From Minisyncoccia bacterium (GTDB lineage: Bacteria; Patescibacteriota; Minisyncoccia; Phycocordibacterales; UBA9973), in contig JBBQGX010000001.1 in NCBI GenBank assembly GCA_038323465.1, positions 10,980-74,979 of the forward strand: a stretch of 64,000 nucleotides of DNA, given 5' to 3'. A program made the translations under genes and the position numbers. How positions within the stretch are numbered: the first letter of the stretch is position 1; the number at the start of each line of letters is the position of its first letter. Of this stretch, positions 38,023 to 47,583 are shown piece by piece. Below the pieces are notes generated by a model, which made no database searches, was not told the DNA's origin, and was given only the letters and a program-made list of their open reading frames with translations.

Positions 38023-38631
38023 TTAACGACTATAAAATTCAAGCACAGTGTTTAAATCTAAGAATCCTTCAATATTTTTAGGTTTTCCAGCAACTTTTCC
38101 CGTGAGAGTTTCAGCATTAAATGTTAACCAGTTTGGACAAGTATATTCTTTCATCTTCTTTACCATATCTGCAAACATGACACTCTTTTGACTACCAAGA
38201 CGAACTATGATCACATCACCAATCTGTACACGTTGCGAAGCAACAGTAGTCTTTTTACCATTAACAGTGATATGCCCATGAGATACCATTTGACGGGATA
38301 ATCTACGAGTATGAGCTAGTCCTAATCTATAAGTTACATTATCAAGTCTTGTTTCAAGTAGTTCAAACAAATATTCAGTAGCAGGGACTCCCTTGTGAGC
38401 AACGGCTTCTTTGACATAATTTGAAAATTGCTTTTCACTGATATTATACATGAAGCGAACTTTTTGCTTCTCTACAAACTGAAGAGCATAACCTGAAAGA
38501 GGTTTTGGACGTTTATTTTTTGAATTCTTTGCGTGACGAGCTTCAGATGCAGCAAATTTAGGTGTTTGACATTTTTCAAACACACCAGCTCCTAACCTTC
38601 TTCCAATTTTATACTTTTTAACTTTTTTCAT
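38023..38631 (-). CDS. rpsD: 30S ribosomal protein S4
   Basis: EKQKVR, LETRLDN, RQMVSHGH, EFYSR. Confidence 0.97.
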   Translation of the reverse strand: MKKVKKYKIGRRLGAGVFEKCQTPKFAASEARHAKNSKNKRPKPLSGYALQFVEKQKVRFMYNISEKQFSNYVKEAVAHKGVPATEYLFELLETRLDNVTYRLGLAHTRRLSRQMVSHGHITVNGKKTTVASQRVQIGDVIIVRLGSQKSVMFADMVKKMKEYTCPNWLTFNAETLTGKVAGKPKNIEGFLDLNTVLEFYSR

Positions 38632-38678
38632 TTGATTTTTTTTGGTTTTCTAATTAGTAATCATTAATTAATAATTAA

Positions 38679-39128
38679 TTATACTCTTCGTGGCTTCTTT
38701 GGCTTTGGACCATTGTGAGGAACAGGAGTCATATCACGAACAGTGGAAATATCTATATCATAAGCCATAAATGCACGGATTGTTGGTTCACGCCCTGAGC
38801 CAACACCCTTAACTTTAACATCAACTTCTTTGATGCCGAGAGCTTTGGCTTTTTCACCAATAACGGCGCCAGCTTTCGAAGCAGCAAAAGGTGTTCCCTT
38901 TTTAGCTCCTTTAAAACCAAGAGACCCAGCTGAAGTCCAAAATAAAGTATTTCCTTCTTTATCAGAAAGAACAACTTTTGTATTATTAAAAGTAGCCTCT
39001 ATATGAAGTGTCCCTGCCACAACTTTCTTTTTTGGAACTTTTATTGAGACTTTTGGTGTTTCAACTACTGAAACATCAATTTCAGCTTTTTTCTCTTCTT
39101 CTTTATTTATAACTTTAATCTTTCCCAT
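38679..39128 (-). CDS. rpsK: 30S ribosomal protein S11
   Basis: ATFNNT, KKGTPFAA, PVPHNG.KP..RRV. Confidence 0.97.
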   Translation of the reverse strand: MGKIKVINKEEEKKAEIDVSVVETPKVSIKVPKKKVVAGTLHIEATFNNTKVVLSDKEGNTLFWTSAGSLGFKGAKKGTPFAASKAGAVIGEKAKALGIKEVDVKVKGVGSGREPTIRAFMAYDIDISTVRDMTPVPHNGPKPKKPRRV

Positions 39129-39206
39129 ATTTTTTTAATTTAGTTTTTGATTTTTGGTGTTAGTTAATACTTTTTTAGATACTCCTTAAAAGAAGACAAT
39201 CATTTA

Positions 39207-39587
39207 CTAAGTTTTACTTTCTTTTCGGCGACCTGATGCCATCGTCTTACGTACATTACCTCGAACTGTTCTAGAATTTGTTTTTGTGCGTTGACCATTA
39301 ACTGGTAATCTACGCATATGTCTGACTCCTCTATATGCCTTAATATCTTTTAGTCTTTTTACATTGGAAGCAATTTCGCGTTTTAATGCTCCTTCAATTG
39401 ACATTGTTTCAATTACTTTACGGATTGCATTCTCTTCATCTACGGTTAAAGTATCAGCCTTACGAATGACACTAATACCAACTTCTTTTAAAATTTTACG
39501 AGAACGAGAAAGACCAATTCCAAAAAGGGCAGTAAGTCCAACGTCTAAATGTTTATTATTAGGGATTGTTATACCAAGAATTCTCAT
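39207..39587 (-). CDS. rpsM: 30S ribosomal protein S13
   Basis: RILGI.IP, YRGVRH..RLPV.GQRTKTNSRT. Confidence 0.97.
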   Translation of the reverse strand: MRILGITIPNNKHLDVGLTALFGIGLSRSRKILKEVGISVIRKADTLTVDEENAIRKVIETMSIEGALKREIASNVKRLKDIKAYRGVRHMRRLPVNGQRTKTNSRTVRGNVRKTMASGRRKESKT

Positions 39588-39592
39588 ATAAA

Positions 39593-39703
39593 TTATTGTT
39601 TTTGTTTATGCTTAGGATTAGTACAAATAACACGGAGATGACCTTCTCGTTTTACCATCTTACACTTTGCGCATATTTTTTTAACTGCTGATTTGATTTT
39701 CAT
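39593..39703 (-). CDS. rpmJ: 50S ribosomal protein L36, zinc-ribbon form (missing from the ORF track)
   Basis: Hand translation [36 protein letters not shown]; lies between infA and rpsM. Confidence 0.96.
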   Translation of the reverse strand: MKIKSAVKKICAKCKMVKREGHLRVICTNPKHKQKQ

Positions 39704-39812
39704 AATATATCATTATAAACCGAAATAAAAATAGAGGGCCAACAACCCAGTATTTAAATTCAAGCGGTATCGAGTTATACTACACTATTTAAATAAAAAT
39801 GCAAGTAGACTA

Positions 39813-40028
39813 TTAACTTCTTTTAATAATTCTACCTTTACCACCATATGGATCAATCAAAACTTCAACTCTATCTCCCAACAAAACCTTTATACGATGC
39901 ATCCTCATTTTTCCAGACAAATAACTTAGGATAATTTTGCCATCTCCTATATCAACTCTGAAAAGTGTATTGGGAAGAGCTTCAGTAACTATTCCATTTT
40001 TTGTATTTTTGTCGTCTTTTTGATTCAT
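39813..40028 (-). CDS. infA: Translation initiation factor IF-1
   Basis: EALPNTLFRV, SGKMR, GDRV. Confidence 0.96.
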   Translation of the reverse strand: MNQKDDKNTKNGIVTEALPNTLFRVDIGDGKIILSYLSGKMRMHRIKVLLGDRVEVLIDPYGGKGRIIKRS

Positions 40029-40054
40029 TTATGTATTAACATCATAACAAAAAT

Positions 40055-41455
40055 TTAATTTTTCGTCAAATCTTTTAAAATAATATTTATATTTTTAGGT
40101 ACAGATGGCAATAACGATGACCAAAATGGAATAATAGAGACCTTAGCAGATGATATTCCAGGGTCATTTTTAAATATTAGAGCAACACTATTCTTGTTTT
40201 TACCTGCGAGTGAATCTTTTAATTCTAAAATATTTGGTACCCAATGCATAGAAATACTGCCAGTGAGATTAAAATCAAAAGTTTCTATTTCTTTACTAAT
40301 AGACTGATCTTTATTTATAAAATTAAAAGTGAGCCCGGAAAGATTTGGTTTTTCTATCTCAGATCTTTCTTTGTCTCCTATATCTGGTAATAATTTACTA
40401 ATAATTGAATCTGATAGTGAACTTTCTTTTAATAAATAGGCATAGAGTGTTGTATTAATTTCTACTCTAGTATTAGGATTCTTGGATGTTATATTTTGAC
40501 CAAAATCATATAAATATCTGACAGCGTTTGGATATAATATATATCCTCCTGGAACTTGAGCATTTAGTTTCCGTAAAAGTTTATCTGAAAGAGAAGATAA
40601 ATTTGTTGATTGTAAATCAGCCTTTCCTTTTTCATCCATCAGATATACCAATCCAACCATACCACCCGAGAGAGGAGTTTTCAATTTACCATATATTTTA
40701 TCATACTTAGTTGTATTTTTAAAAGCTGTAATATAAAAACTTGAAGGTGATCCATTATATGCCTCACCTGGCAAAAATGCAGTTATACCAACATTTGCTT
40801 GACCCGGAATAGTTTTTGTTTTGTCAATTTTGTCTTGCAAAAAGGCAGGAATCATAACTATTTCATTAGTTTTATAAGTTTTTCCTTTTTCATCTGAGAC
40901 AAAGGAACCAGCCGCTATTTTTTGCACTGTTTTACTAAATTCATTATATAGAGTTATCTCTCCTTTTGCTTTTTCTTTCACATCCTGAGATGATGTTAAG
41001 ACTATATCTTTATATTCCTTATCCGAAACAATCATTAATTCAAAAGGAATATTATTTTTATTTTTTGAAGCTGAAAAGACTTGGTTTTTAAGTTCAAAAA
41101 CCTTATTTTTAGGTATAATTGTAATCTTTGCACTCAAAAGAAAAGTAGAAAATAAATATACCATACCAATAATCAAAGAAAGAAATAATATATAAAAAAA
41201 TTTATAATTAAAATAGTTCCTACTATTGGGAAGTTGCGGAGTTTGAGAAATCCTAGCTGAAGAATGCGTTATTTTTTTCTTATTTAAAAAATCATACTTC
41301 GATGACTCAAATGAAGACCTGGGTTCTATTTGACGAGAATTTAAACCTTCGTCAGAATTATTGTAAAGGTTTTCAATAATAACATCTTCAATGTGTTTTT
41401 TGTTTACTTTGTTATTTGTATTAAATTTTACATCTTCAATTATTCTTCTATTCAT
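40055..41455 (-). CDS. Single-pass membrane protein with a large extracytoplasmic beta-rich region (distant baseplate-J-like)
   Basis: Polar N-terminus, one TM, AKGEITLYN and PGEAYN segments, C-terminal PFW..LP; overlaps the upstream FtsA-like stop. Confidence 0.6.
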   Translation of the reverse strand: MNRRIIEDVKFNTNNKVNKKHIEDVIIENLYNNSDEGLNSRQIEPRSSFESSKYDFLNKKKITHSSARISQTPQLPNSRNYFNYKFFYILFLSLIIGMVYLFSTFLLSAKITIIPKNKVFELKNQVFSASKNKNNIPFELMIVSDKEYKDIVLTSSQDVKEKAKGEITLYNEFSKTVQKIAAGSFVSDEKGKTYKTNEIVMIPAFLQDKIDKTKTIPGQANVGITAFLPGEAYNGSPSSFYITAFKNTTKYDKIYGKLKTPLSGGMVGLVYLMDEKGKADLQSTNLSSLSDKLLRKLNAQVPGGYILYPNAVRYLYDFGQNITSKNPNTRVEINTTLYAYLLKESSLSDSIISKLLPDIGDKERSEIEKPNLSGLTFNFINKDQSISKEIETFDFNLTGSISMHWVPNILELKDSLAGKNKNSVALIFKNDPGISSAKVSIIPFWSSLLPSVPKNINIILKDLTKN

Positions 41456-42629
41456 ATAGTTCCATTTTTCTTGTAACACTTATAGATTCTATCATTAGGA
41501 ATGGATCACAAGGACTATTTTTAATATTACACAGACTAAGTAATTCTGATCCTTCAATGGCAACTAATGTAAATTTTTTATTGGGTACCATTGATTGTAT
41601 ATATTCTTCGTTATTTATCAATTCAATAAACCAATCTTTTACGTCTTCATCTATTGTTAAAAATATTACATTAGGAAGAGTCAGTATACGAGGAAGAGTA
41701 TTAATACATTCTCTAAATGATTTCCCCCAAGATTTTTTTATGACTTCTAGGATAGGAAGGAGCTTACTCTCTTCTTTTTGTGATAAAGTCTTATTTCGGT
41801 AAAGATTAAATAATTCATAAGCATCCCTTAGCTCTATGTTCATCTTTTTACAAATTTCTCTAAAAAAAGTCTTTCTACCATAAGGAAACGAAAGCGAGTC
41901 TTTTAGCACACCTTTTGTTATAATTCCAATATCAGTTACCTCACCACCGATATCCAGGATTAGATACGAATCATGATCCATATATCTATCCCGAACCGCA
42001 ACAAAAGAAGAAACCATAAATGAAGAAAATGAAATCGGAGTATGATGAAAATTTTTAGAAATTGTTTCTTTTATTTTATCTAAAAATAACTTTGGAGATA
42101 AAGATATGACCATATTCATTTCAATTGATCGAGTACGTTTACCAAGCGGATCATCAACACGATAACCATTCAGGGATACCCCAACTATAGGATGTTCTAT
42201 GCCCTCTGGAGTACTTTCAACATCTTCGTATTTATTTTTATAAATTTCATTAAGCGAAGAAATTTCCTTCTCCAATAGTTCATCAACTATTCTTTTTGTA
42301 AAAACAAAAGAACGCTCTTTGGACATCTTTATAAGTCTAGTTTCAGAAATATACCAAGGTGAAGCAAGTACACAGACTATCTCATCCGGTGCACCAAGTT
42401 TACTTTGATATATAGATGACGAAGTAAAACCAAGAGCAAGAATCATATCTTTCATAAAAATATTGAAATCGAGTTCTGATCTATCTACAATATCTGTCCG
42501 AGTTGATTTTATAATCATAGGTAAATTTTTATCATCAGATGAAATTTTTACAAGTGCTCCCCCAACACTTCCAGAGCCTATATCAAATATAGCTACAAGT
42601 TTTTCTTTTTTTGATGAAAATAATCCCAT
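41448..42629 (-). CDS. Actin-like (FtsA/PilM-fold) protein
   Basis: Phosphate-1 IFDIGSGSV and phosphate-2 ILDIGGEVTDI motifs. Confidence 0.7.
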   Translation of the reverse strand: MGLFSSKKEKLVAIFDIGSGSVGGALVKISSDDKNLPMIIKSTRTDIVDRSELDFNIFMKDMILALGFTSSSIYQSKLGAPDEIVCVLASPWYISETRLIKMSKERSFVFTKRIVDELLEKEISSLNEIYKNKYEDVESTPEGIEHPIVGVSLNGYRVDDPLGKRTRSIEMNMVISLSPKLFLDKIKETISKNFHHTPISFSSFMVSSFVAVRDRYMDHDSYLILDIGGEVTDIGIITKGVLKDSLSFPYGRKTFFREICKKMNIELRDAYELFNLYRNKTLSQKEESKLLPILEVIKKSWGKSFRECINTLPRILTLPNVIFLTIDEDVKDWFIELINNEEYIQSMVPNKKFTLVAIEGSELLSLCNIKNSPCDPFLMIESISVTRKMELYE

Positions 42630-42681
42630 ATAGATATATTATACTATAAAAAAAGAAAAAAGCATCGGTTTTAAACAAAAA

Positions 42682-42715
42682 AAGAAGCGTTATCATTTTC
42701 ATGACAACGCTTCTT
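42682..42715 (-). terminator. Terminator after the lipoprotein gene
   Basis: AAGAAGCGTT...AACGCTTCTT with a T-run on the minus strand. Confidence 0.65.
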
Positions 42716-42746
42716 ACATATTTTAGCTCATGATTTATTTCATTTG

Positions 42747-43718
42747 CTATTTTTTTATACGAAACAAGGAAATATCTCCTTCGATTCCATATATCTCACT
42801 TTCGTACCATTTGCATCCATCATCCCCACAAATCACAACATACGCAATATCAAACGGAGCATCATAATTTACTTCTGAAGAAGTATTATTCATTGATACA
42901 CGATAACTTATGCATAATTCAAGTCCAGTTTCTGGGTCAATTCCAACAAGATTAACAGTTTGAGCACCTTGTAGTAAAATTGTTGGAATTTTTACTTTAG
43001 CAACTGTATTCTCTGGTTTTATTTCATACTTTAAATATAAAACGGTAGACCCAAAAAAATCAATTGGACCAGTAGTGTATTCTTTACGGAAATCAGCACC
43101 ATCGTCTTGTGTGACCAATAGTTCCCAATGTCCACCAGATAATGGAGCGAGTTTAACTATTCCGTTAAAACCGTTCCCAAGGTATGAAATTGGTGAAATA
43201 GTTTTATCATCAAACATAAATAAATAATTAACATTTATTATGTAATTACTATTTCTAAAACTAAAATACCTAGCATAAGGACAGGCAAATTCAATTTCAA
43301 TAGAATATACATCTGGATTAATTTTTCCATCTACAATTGGGTACTTCTGATCAGCAGTCAAGTATTCCTTGCGTGCTCCATTTAGTAACTCATAATAGAC
43401 AACAGGGCGAACAAATATTCTTTCGTTTAGATTATTCGTATAAACGAAACAAGAACTAGTATCAGCTGAGATAATTCTCACTGATAAGCTCTTATCTTCA
43501 AGAGCTCCTGACTTAAGGCCTAAACGAGCAGTTAAAATTTCAGACCTAGTCGGAACTTTGAACGCCAGTGCTTGAATTTTATAAGCAATGGTGTCGATGA
43601 ATGTCTTATCCACAACATTAGTGGTTTCAGGTACTAGAAATACTTCATTTTTTTCGCATGAGCTAATAGCTACAAATGCAAATACAACAAATGCTAAAAC
43701 AAAAAAATTTCTTAACAT
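42747..43718 (-). CDS. Orphan putative lipoprotein
   Basis: Signal peptide ending AISS-C followed by EKNE; beta-rich body. Confidence 0.7.
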   Translation of the reverse strand: MLRNFFVLAFVVFAFVAISSCEKNEVFLVPETTNVVDKTFIDTIAYKIQALAFKVPTRSEILTARLGLKSGALEDKSLSVRIISADTSSCFVYTNNLNERIFVRPVVYYELLNGARKEYLTADQKYPIVDGKINPDVYSIEIEFACPYARYFSFRNSNYIINVNYLFMFDDKTISPISYLGNGFNGIVKLAPLSGGHWELLVTQDDGADFRKEYTTGPIDFFGSTVLYLKYEIKPENTVAKVKIPTILLQGAQTVNLVGIDPETGLELCISYRVSMNNTSSEVNYDAPFDIAYVVICGDDGCKWYESEIYGIEGDISLFRIKK

Positions 43719-43970
43719 AACTTAGTATTTTTTGCAATTCTTATGATTCTCTAATAATAAATAAGATCAGATGGTTTCTCGCTTCATGTTTTATCATGTT
43801 TTTAGCTTTACCTACTATGAGATTTAATATTTAATTATTTAAATTTTCAGTGAGAATTACAGGTGAATGAATATATTAATTTTCAAATTTATTTCTTTAA
43901 GTATAGCATATTATAAAGCTAAAGTCAATAGCTATATTGACTTATATTCTAAACGTTTTATTACTAAAAA

Positions 43971-44009
43971 TCTCCCCTAGTCTCCCCTAGTACGGTCATA
44001 GGGGAGACT
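43971..44009. repeat. Hairpin with tandem TCTCCCCTAG duplication after alaS (probable terminator)
   Basis: AGTCTCCCCTA-gtacggtca-TAGGGGAGACT; resembles the CCCCTAGG-ACTGT-CCTAGGGG palindrome inside mnmA. Confidence 0.65.
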
Positions 44010-44030
44010 TTTGTAAATAAATATATAGTT

Positions 44031-45803
44031 TTATTCCAATACCGCCTTTATACGGCGAATTCCAGCAGAGCTAGCTTCTTCTTTTTGAATCTTGAAATGC
44101 TTGGGAGACCCATTGGGATTAGCCGAGAGTTCACTTGTATTAGAAACATGGGGTCCTCCACAGAATTCCTTTGATATAGCATTCCCTTCTTCATCTTCTA
44201 CAAAATATATAGATACTATCTCTGGATATTTTGCTCCGAATTCCATTTGTGCACCAATTTTCTCTGCTTCAGCTAAAGGCATCTCTTTTCGAACAACATT
44301 CAATCCCCTATTTATTTTACCATTAACCCAATCTTCTACATTTTTCTTTTCTTCTTCTGTAAGCTTATGATCACAGATAAAGTCCATGCGTAAACGCTCT
44401 TCTGTAATATTACTTCCCTTTTGTTTTATATCTCCTGATACTATTGCTTGTAGTCCTGCAAGTAGCAAGTGGTGCGCTGTATGAAGCTTAATAGTCTCAC
44501 CGCTGTGATTTGCAAGTCCACCCTTGAACATTCCAACCGATGCAGTTTGAGAAAGCAAAACATGCTCTTTCATTTTTTCATTAAAATCTTTTATATTTAT
44601 TTCTATTCCTTTTTCTTTTGCAAGTTCCTCTGTAAGCTCTATAGGAAATCCATAAGAAGTAAAAAGAATAAATGGATCAGTCCCTTTTTCAAATTCTTTT
44701 AGTCCATTTGTAAGAGTCTGACGGAATTTATCTTCTTCTTTTTTAATTTCTTCTTTTATTAGATTTTTATTTTTCTCTAATTCGGGGTAAGCCTTTTTAT
44801 AATTACTAATTACAATATCAGCAAGTATATTTAAAAAACCAGTATGAAGACCAAGTTTATCAGAAAATCTAACAACTCTACGTATAATTCTTCTCAATAC
44901 ATATTCTCTACTAGTATTCCCCGGTATCACTCCATCTCCAATCATAAATACTGCTGATCTTAAGTGGTCAGCTATAATTCTCTCGATTCTTTCATCTGAA
45001 ATATTGGAATTCTCTTTTATTTTATTTAAAATTGGTAGAAATAGATCCGTATCAAACACAGTATTTACACCTTGCTTAACCATTGTGATTCTTTCAAGAC
45101 CCATACCTGTATCAACGTTGTGCTGTGTAAGTTTACCAATTACTTTCCCTTCTTTCTTTTCATATTGCATGAAAACATTGTTCCAGATTTCAATAACTCT
45201 GCCATCATCATCAGCTTTAACAAATTCATCGTGGGTTAAATCGCCAAGGGCAATATCATTGGTATCATAAAATATTTCCGTGTCAGGACCACATGGACCA
45301 TTGTCCCCCGCTTGCCACCAATTATTTTTGGCTGGCAAAAAGTAAATACGATTCTCTGGTAGATATTTCTTCCACAAATCTGCTGCTTCTGTATCACGTG
45401 GTGCATTATCGTCTCCTTCAAAAACTGTCACATAAATTCTTTCTTTATCTAGTCCGAGTCCTGTTTCTTTATTTGTAAGAAATTCAAAACTCCAATCAAT
45501 AGCTTCAGGTTTAAAATAATCCTCGAGTGACCAGTTCCCAAGCATTTCAAAAAAAGTAAGGTGTCTATTGTCACCAACCTCATCTATATCTCCTGTTCTG
45601 ACACACTTTTGAGCATCTACCAAGCGTGTTCCCATAGGATGCTTTTGTCCAAGTAAATACGGCACAAGTTGTTGCATGCCGGCAGTATTAAAAAGAACCG
45701 AAGGATCATTCTCTGGTATAAGTGAAGCAGAAGGGATTATCTTGTGTCCCCTTTGCTCAAAAAATTTAAGGAATTTGGTACGTATTTCATTTGATGTCAT
45801 CAT
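44031..45803 (-). CDS. alaS: Alanine--tRNA ligase (short, lacks C-Ala domain)
   Basis: FNTAGM, TFFEMLGN, EIWNNVF, DTGMGLER, editing HTAHH and EFCGGPH; 590 aa. Confidence 0.97.
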   Translation of the reverse strand: MMTSNEIRTKFLKFFEQRGHKIIPSASLIPENDPSVLFNTAGMQQLVPYLLGQKHPMGTRLVDAQKCVRTGDIDEVGDNRHLTFFEMLGNWSLEDYFKPEAIDWSFEFLTNKETGLGLDKERIYVTVFEGDDNAPRDTEAADLWKKYLPENRIYFLPAKNNWWQAGDNGPCGPDTEIFYDTNDIALGDLTHDEFVKADDDGRVIEIWNNVFMQYEKKEGKVIGKLTQHNVDTGMGLERITMVKQGVNTVFDTDLFLPILNKIKENSNISDERIERIIADHLRSAVFMIGDGVIPGNTSREYVLRRIIRRVVRFSDKLGLHTGFLNILADIVISNYKKAYPELEKNKNLIKEEIKKEEDKFRQTLTNGLKEFEKGTDPFILFTSYGFPIELTEELAKEKGIEINIKDFNEKMKEHVLLSQTASVGMFKGGLANHSGETIKLHTAHHLLLAGLQAIVSGDIKQKGSNITEERLRMDFICDHKLTEEEKKNVEDWVNGKINRGLNVVRKEMPLAEAEKIGAQMEFGAKYPEIVSIYFVEDEEGNAISKEFCGGPHVSNTSELSANPNGSPKHFKIQKEEASSAGIRRIKAVLE

Positions 45804-45834
45804 ATACCCTTATATTATACTAAAAACGATAAAC

Positions 45835-45870
45835 AGAAAAGCCCTCCGAAATATACTGGATGGCTTTTCT
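45835..45870 (-). terminator. Terminator after the mgtC-like gene
   Basis: AGAAAAGCC...GGCTTTTCT. Confidence 0.55.
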
Positions 45871-45889
45871 TAAAAAGAATTTTATGTAA

Positions 45890-46372
45890 TTAATTTATTA
45901 TTTCAATAATATCTTCTTTATAAAATCGACTTCTCTTAATCCTTTGTTCAACAAACCATAAAAATATAAAAATAAAAAGTGTTAAGACCGTTGCAATAAT
46001 CGCAATATTAAATAATCCTAACCCTGAAGACATTCCAATTCCAGCAGCAACCCAAAGACCAGTAGCTGAAGTCAATCCAACCGATTTAGAATCTTTTGTA
46101 AATATCAAACCAGCTCCAATAAACCCAACACCAACGACAATCTGCGCTACAATCATCAAAGGATTCATCCCTGAGAAATTAGAATACATTTTAACCATCT
46201 CATTTGAAACAATAACAAATAAAGCAGAACCCATAGATACAAGTGCATAAGTACGCATGCCTGCTGTCTTGTGTGCCCAAACACGCTCAGTCCCAATAAC
46301 CATTCCTAATAATAATGCTACAAAAAGACGTAATACAATTTCTAATGTAGCAGGATCTATAATATTTTGCAT
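45890..46372 (-). CDS. MgtC/SapB family membrane protein
   Basis: IGTER, AGMRTY, GVGFIGAG, GLTSATGLW; start moved to MQNII. Confidence 0.93.
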   Translation of the reverse strand: MQNIIDPATLEIVLRLFVALLLGMVIGTERVWAHKTAGMRTYALVSMGSALFVIVSNEMVKMYSNFSGMNPLMIVAQIVVGVGFIGAGLIFTKDSKSVGLTSATGLWVAAGIGMSSGLGLFNIAIIATVLTLFIFIFLWFVEQRIKRSRFYKEDIIEIIN

Positions 46373-46379
46373 ATTTATA

Positions 46380-47564
46380 TTATAGTACAATTCCACCACC
46401 TAAACAAACATCTTTGTCATAAATGACAATAGATTGACCCTTGTCTACTAATACATTTTTCTCAAAAATAATTTTGGTATTTGTGCCTTTTATATCATCA
46501 AGTTTACAATCTAAAAATTCTCCATGATATCGAATTTGCGCCTTATAATTCTTATTTTTTTCTGGTATTTCTAAAATCCAATTGGTATTATTAATGTAAA
46601 TAACATTTCCTGCTAGGTCTTGCCTAGCAGTATTTTCCCCTAGGACTGTCCTAGGGGAACTATTAGAAGAGACTGTTATGGTGTTGTGATCTATATCTTT
46701 AGCCACTACATAATACGGCAAACTATCTTCAGAATTTTTTGTAATATTAAATCCATGCCTCTCTCCTAGAGTAAGAAACATTGCCCCGTCATGAGTTCCT
46801 ATTACTTCTCCATTTGTATCCAAAACATTTCCACTTTTAGACTCTATGTAATGTTTCAAGAAATCTTTCATATCAAGTGGCCCGAGGAAGCACACACCTT
46901 GGCTATCTTTCTTTGTGGCCGTTGGAAGTTTGTATTTCTCTGCAAGTTTTCTAACTTCTGTCTTTTTTAAATGCCCTATTGGAAAAAGTATATGACTCAA
47001 ATCATCCTGTGTAAGGGTCCAAAGAAAATAAACTTGGTCTTTTAATGCATCAGTAGATTTACGAAGCAAAGATAGTCCATGAGAAGCGACGGGTGGGGGC
47101 GTGCCGTTTTTAGGTACTCCTAAAAATGGGGTTAAGGAGCTTTGAAGGGAGCTATCTTTGTGGAGTAAATCTTTAACCGCATAATGCCCCGTAGCTATAT
47201 AATCAGCTCCTTTTTCTTTTGCAAATTGCCAAAACACTCCAAACTTTACTTCACGATTACACACCACATCAGGATTTGGAGTATTACCCTTTTTGTATTC
47301 TTCTATCATATAGTCAGCCACACCATTCTTATAAGCTTCTTCTGCGTCACATTCAAGAAATGGAATATCGAGGTGCGCACAAACTCGCATAGCGTCACGT
47401 CGCTCATCACGCCAAGTACAATCGATAAAATCCGGTGTCCAAGTACGAATAAAAACCCCAACGACGTTATATCCTTGGTCTTTCAAAAGTGCAGCAGTAA
47501 CAGAAGAATCCACACCACCTGATACACCAACAAATATAGTTTTTTTATTTTTTATCATAATCAT
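46380..47564 (-). CDS. mnmA: tRNA 2-thiouridine(34) synthase with two palindrome-encoded inserts
   Basis: SGGVDS, TPNPDVVCNREVKF, ATGHY, KDQVYFL, KKDSQGVCF, GQSIV. Confidence 0.96.
   Translation of the reverse strand: MIMIKNKKTIFVGVSGGVDSSVTAALLKDQGYNVVGVFIRTWTPDFIDCTWRDERRDAMRVCAHLDIPFLECDAEEAYKNGVADYMIEEYKKGNTPNPDVVCNREVKFGVFWQFAKEKGADYIATGHYAVKDLLHKDSSLQSSLTPFLGVPKNGTPPPVASHGLSLLRKSTDALKDQVYFLWTLTQDDLSHILFPIGHLKKTEVRKLAEKYKLPTATKKDSQGVCFLGPLDMKDFLKHYIESKSGNVLDTNGEVIGTHDGAMFLTLGERHGFNITKNSEDSLPYYVVAKDIDHNTITVSSNSSPRTVLGENTARQDLAGNVIYINNTNWILEIPEKNKNYKAQIRYHGEFLDCKLDDIKGTNTKIIFEKNVLVDKGQSIVIYDKDVCLGGGIVL
46610..46659. repeat. Two AGG-N5-CCT short palindromes in frame in mnmA
   Basis: CTGCTAGG-tcttg-CCTAGCAG and TTCCCCTAGG-actgt-CCTAGGGGAA, encoding PRTVLG and ARQDLA. 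Confidence 0.8.
47055..47172. repeat. Nested palindromic element in frame in mnmA
   Basis: Outer arms AGATTTAC..CAAAGATAG / CTATCTTTG..GTAAATCT, G-rich segment, inner CCGTTTTTAGG-tact-CCTAAAAATGG. Confidence 0.8.
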
Positions 47565-47583
47565 GCGGAACGAATTGAAAAAA

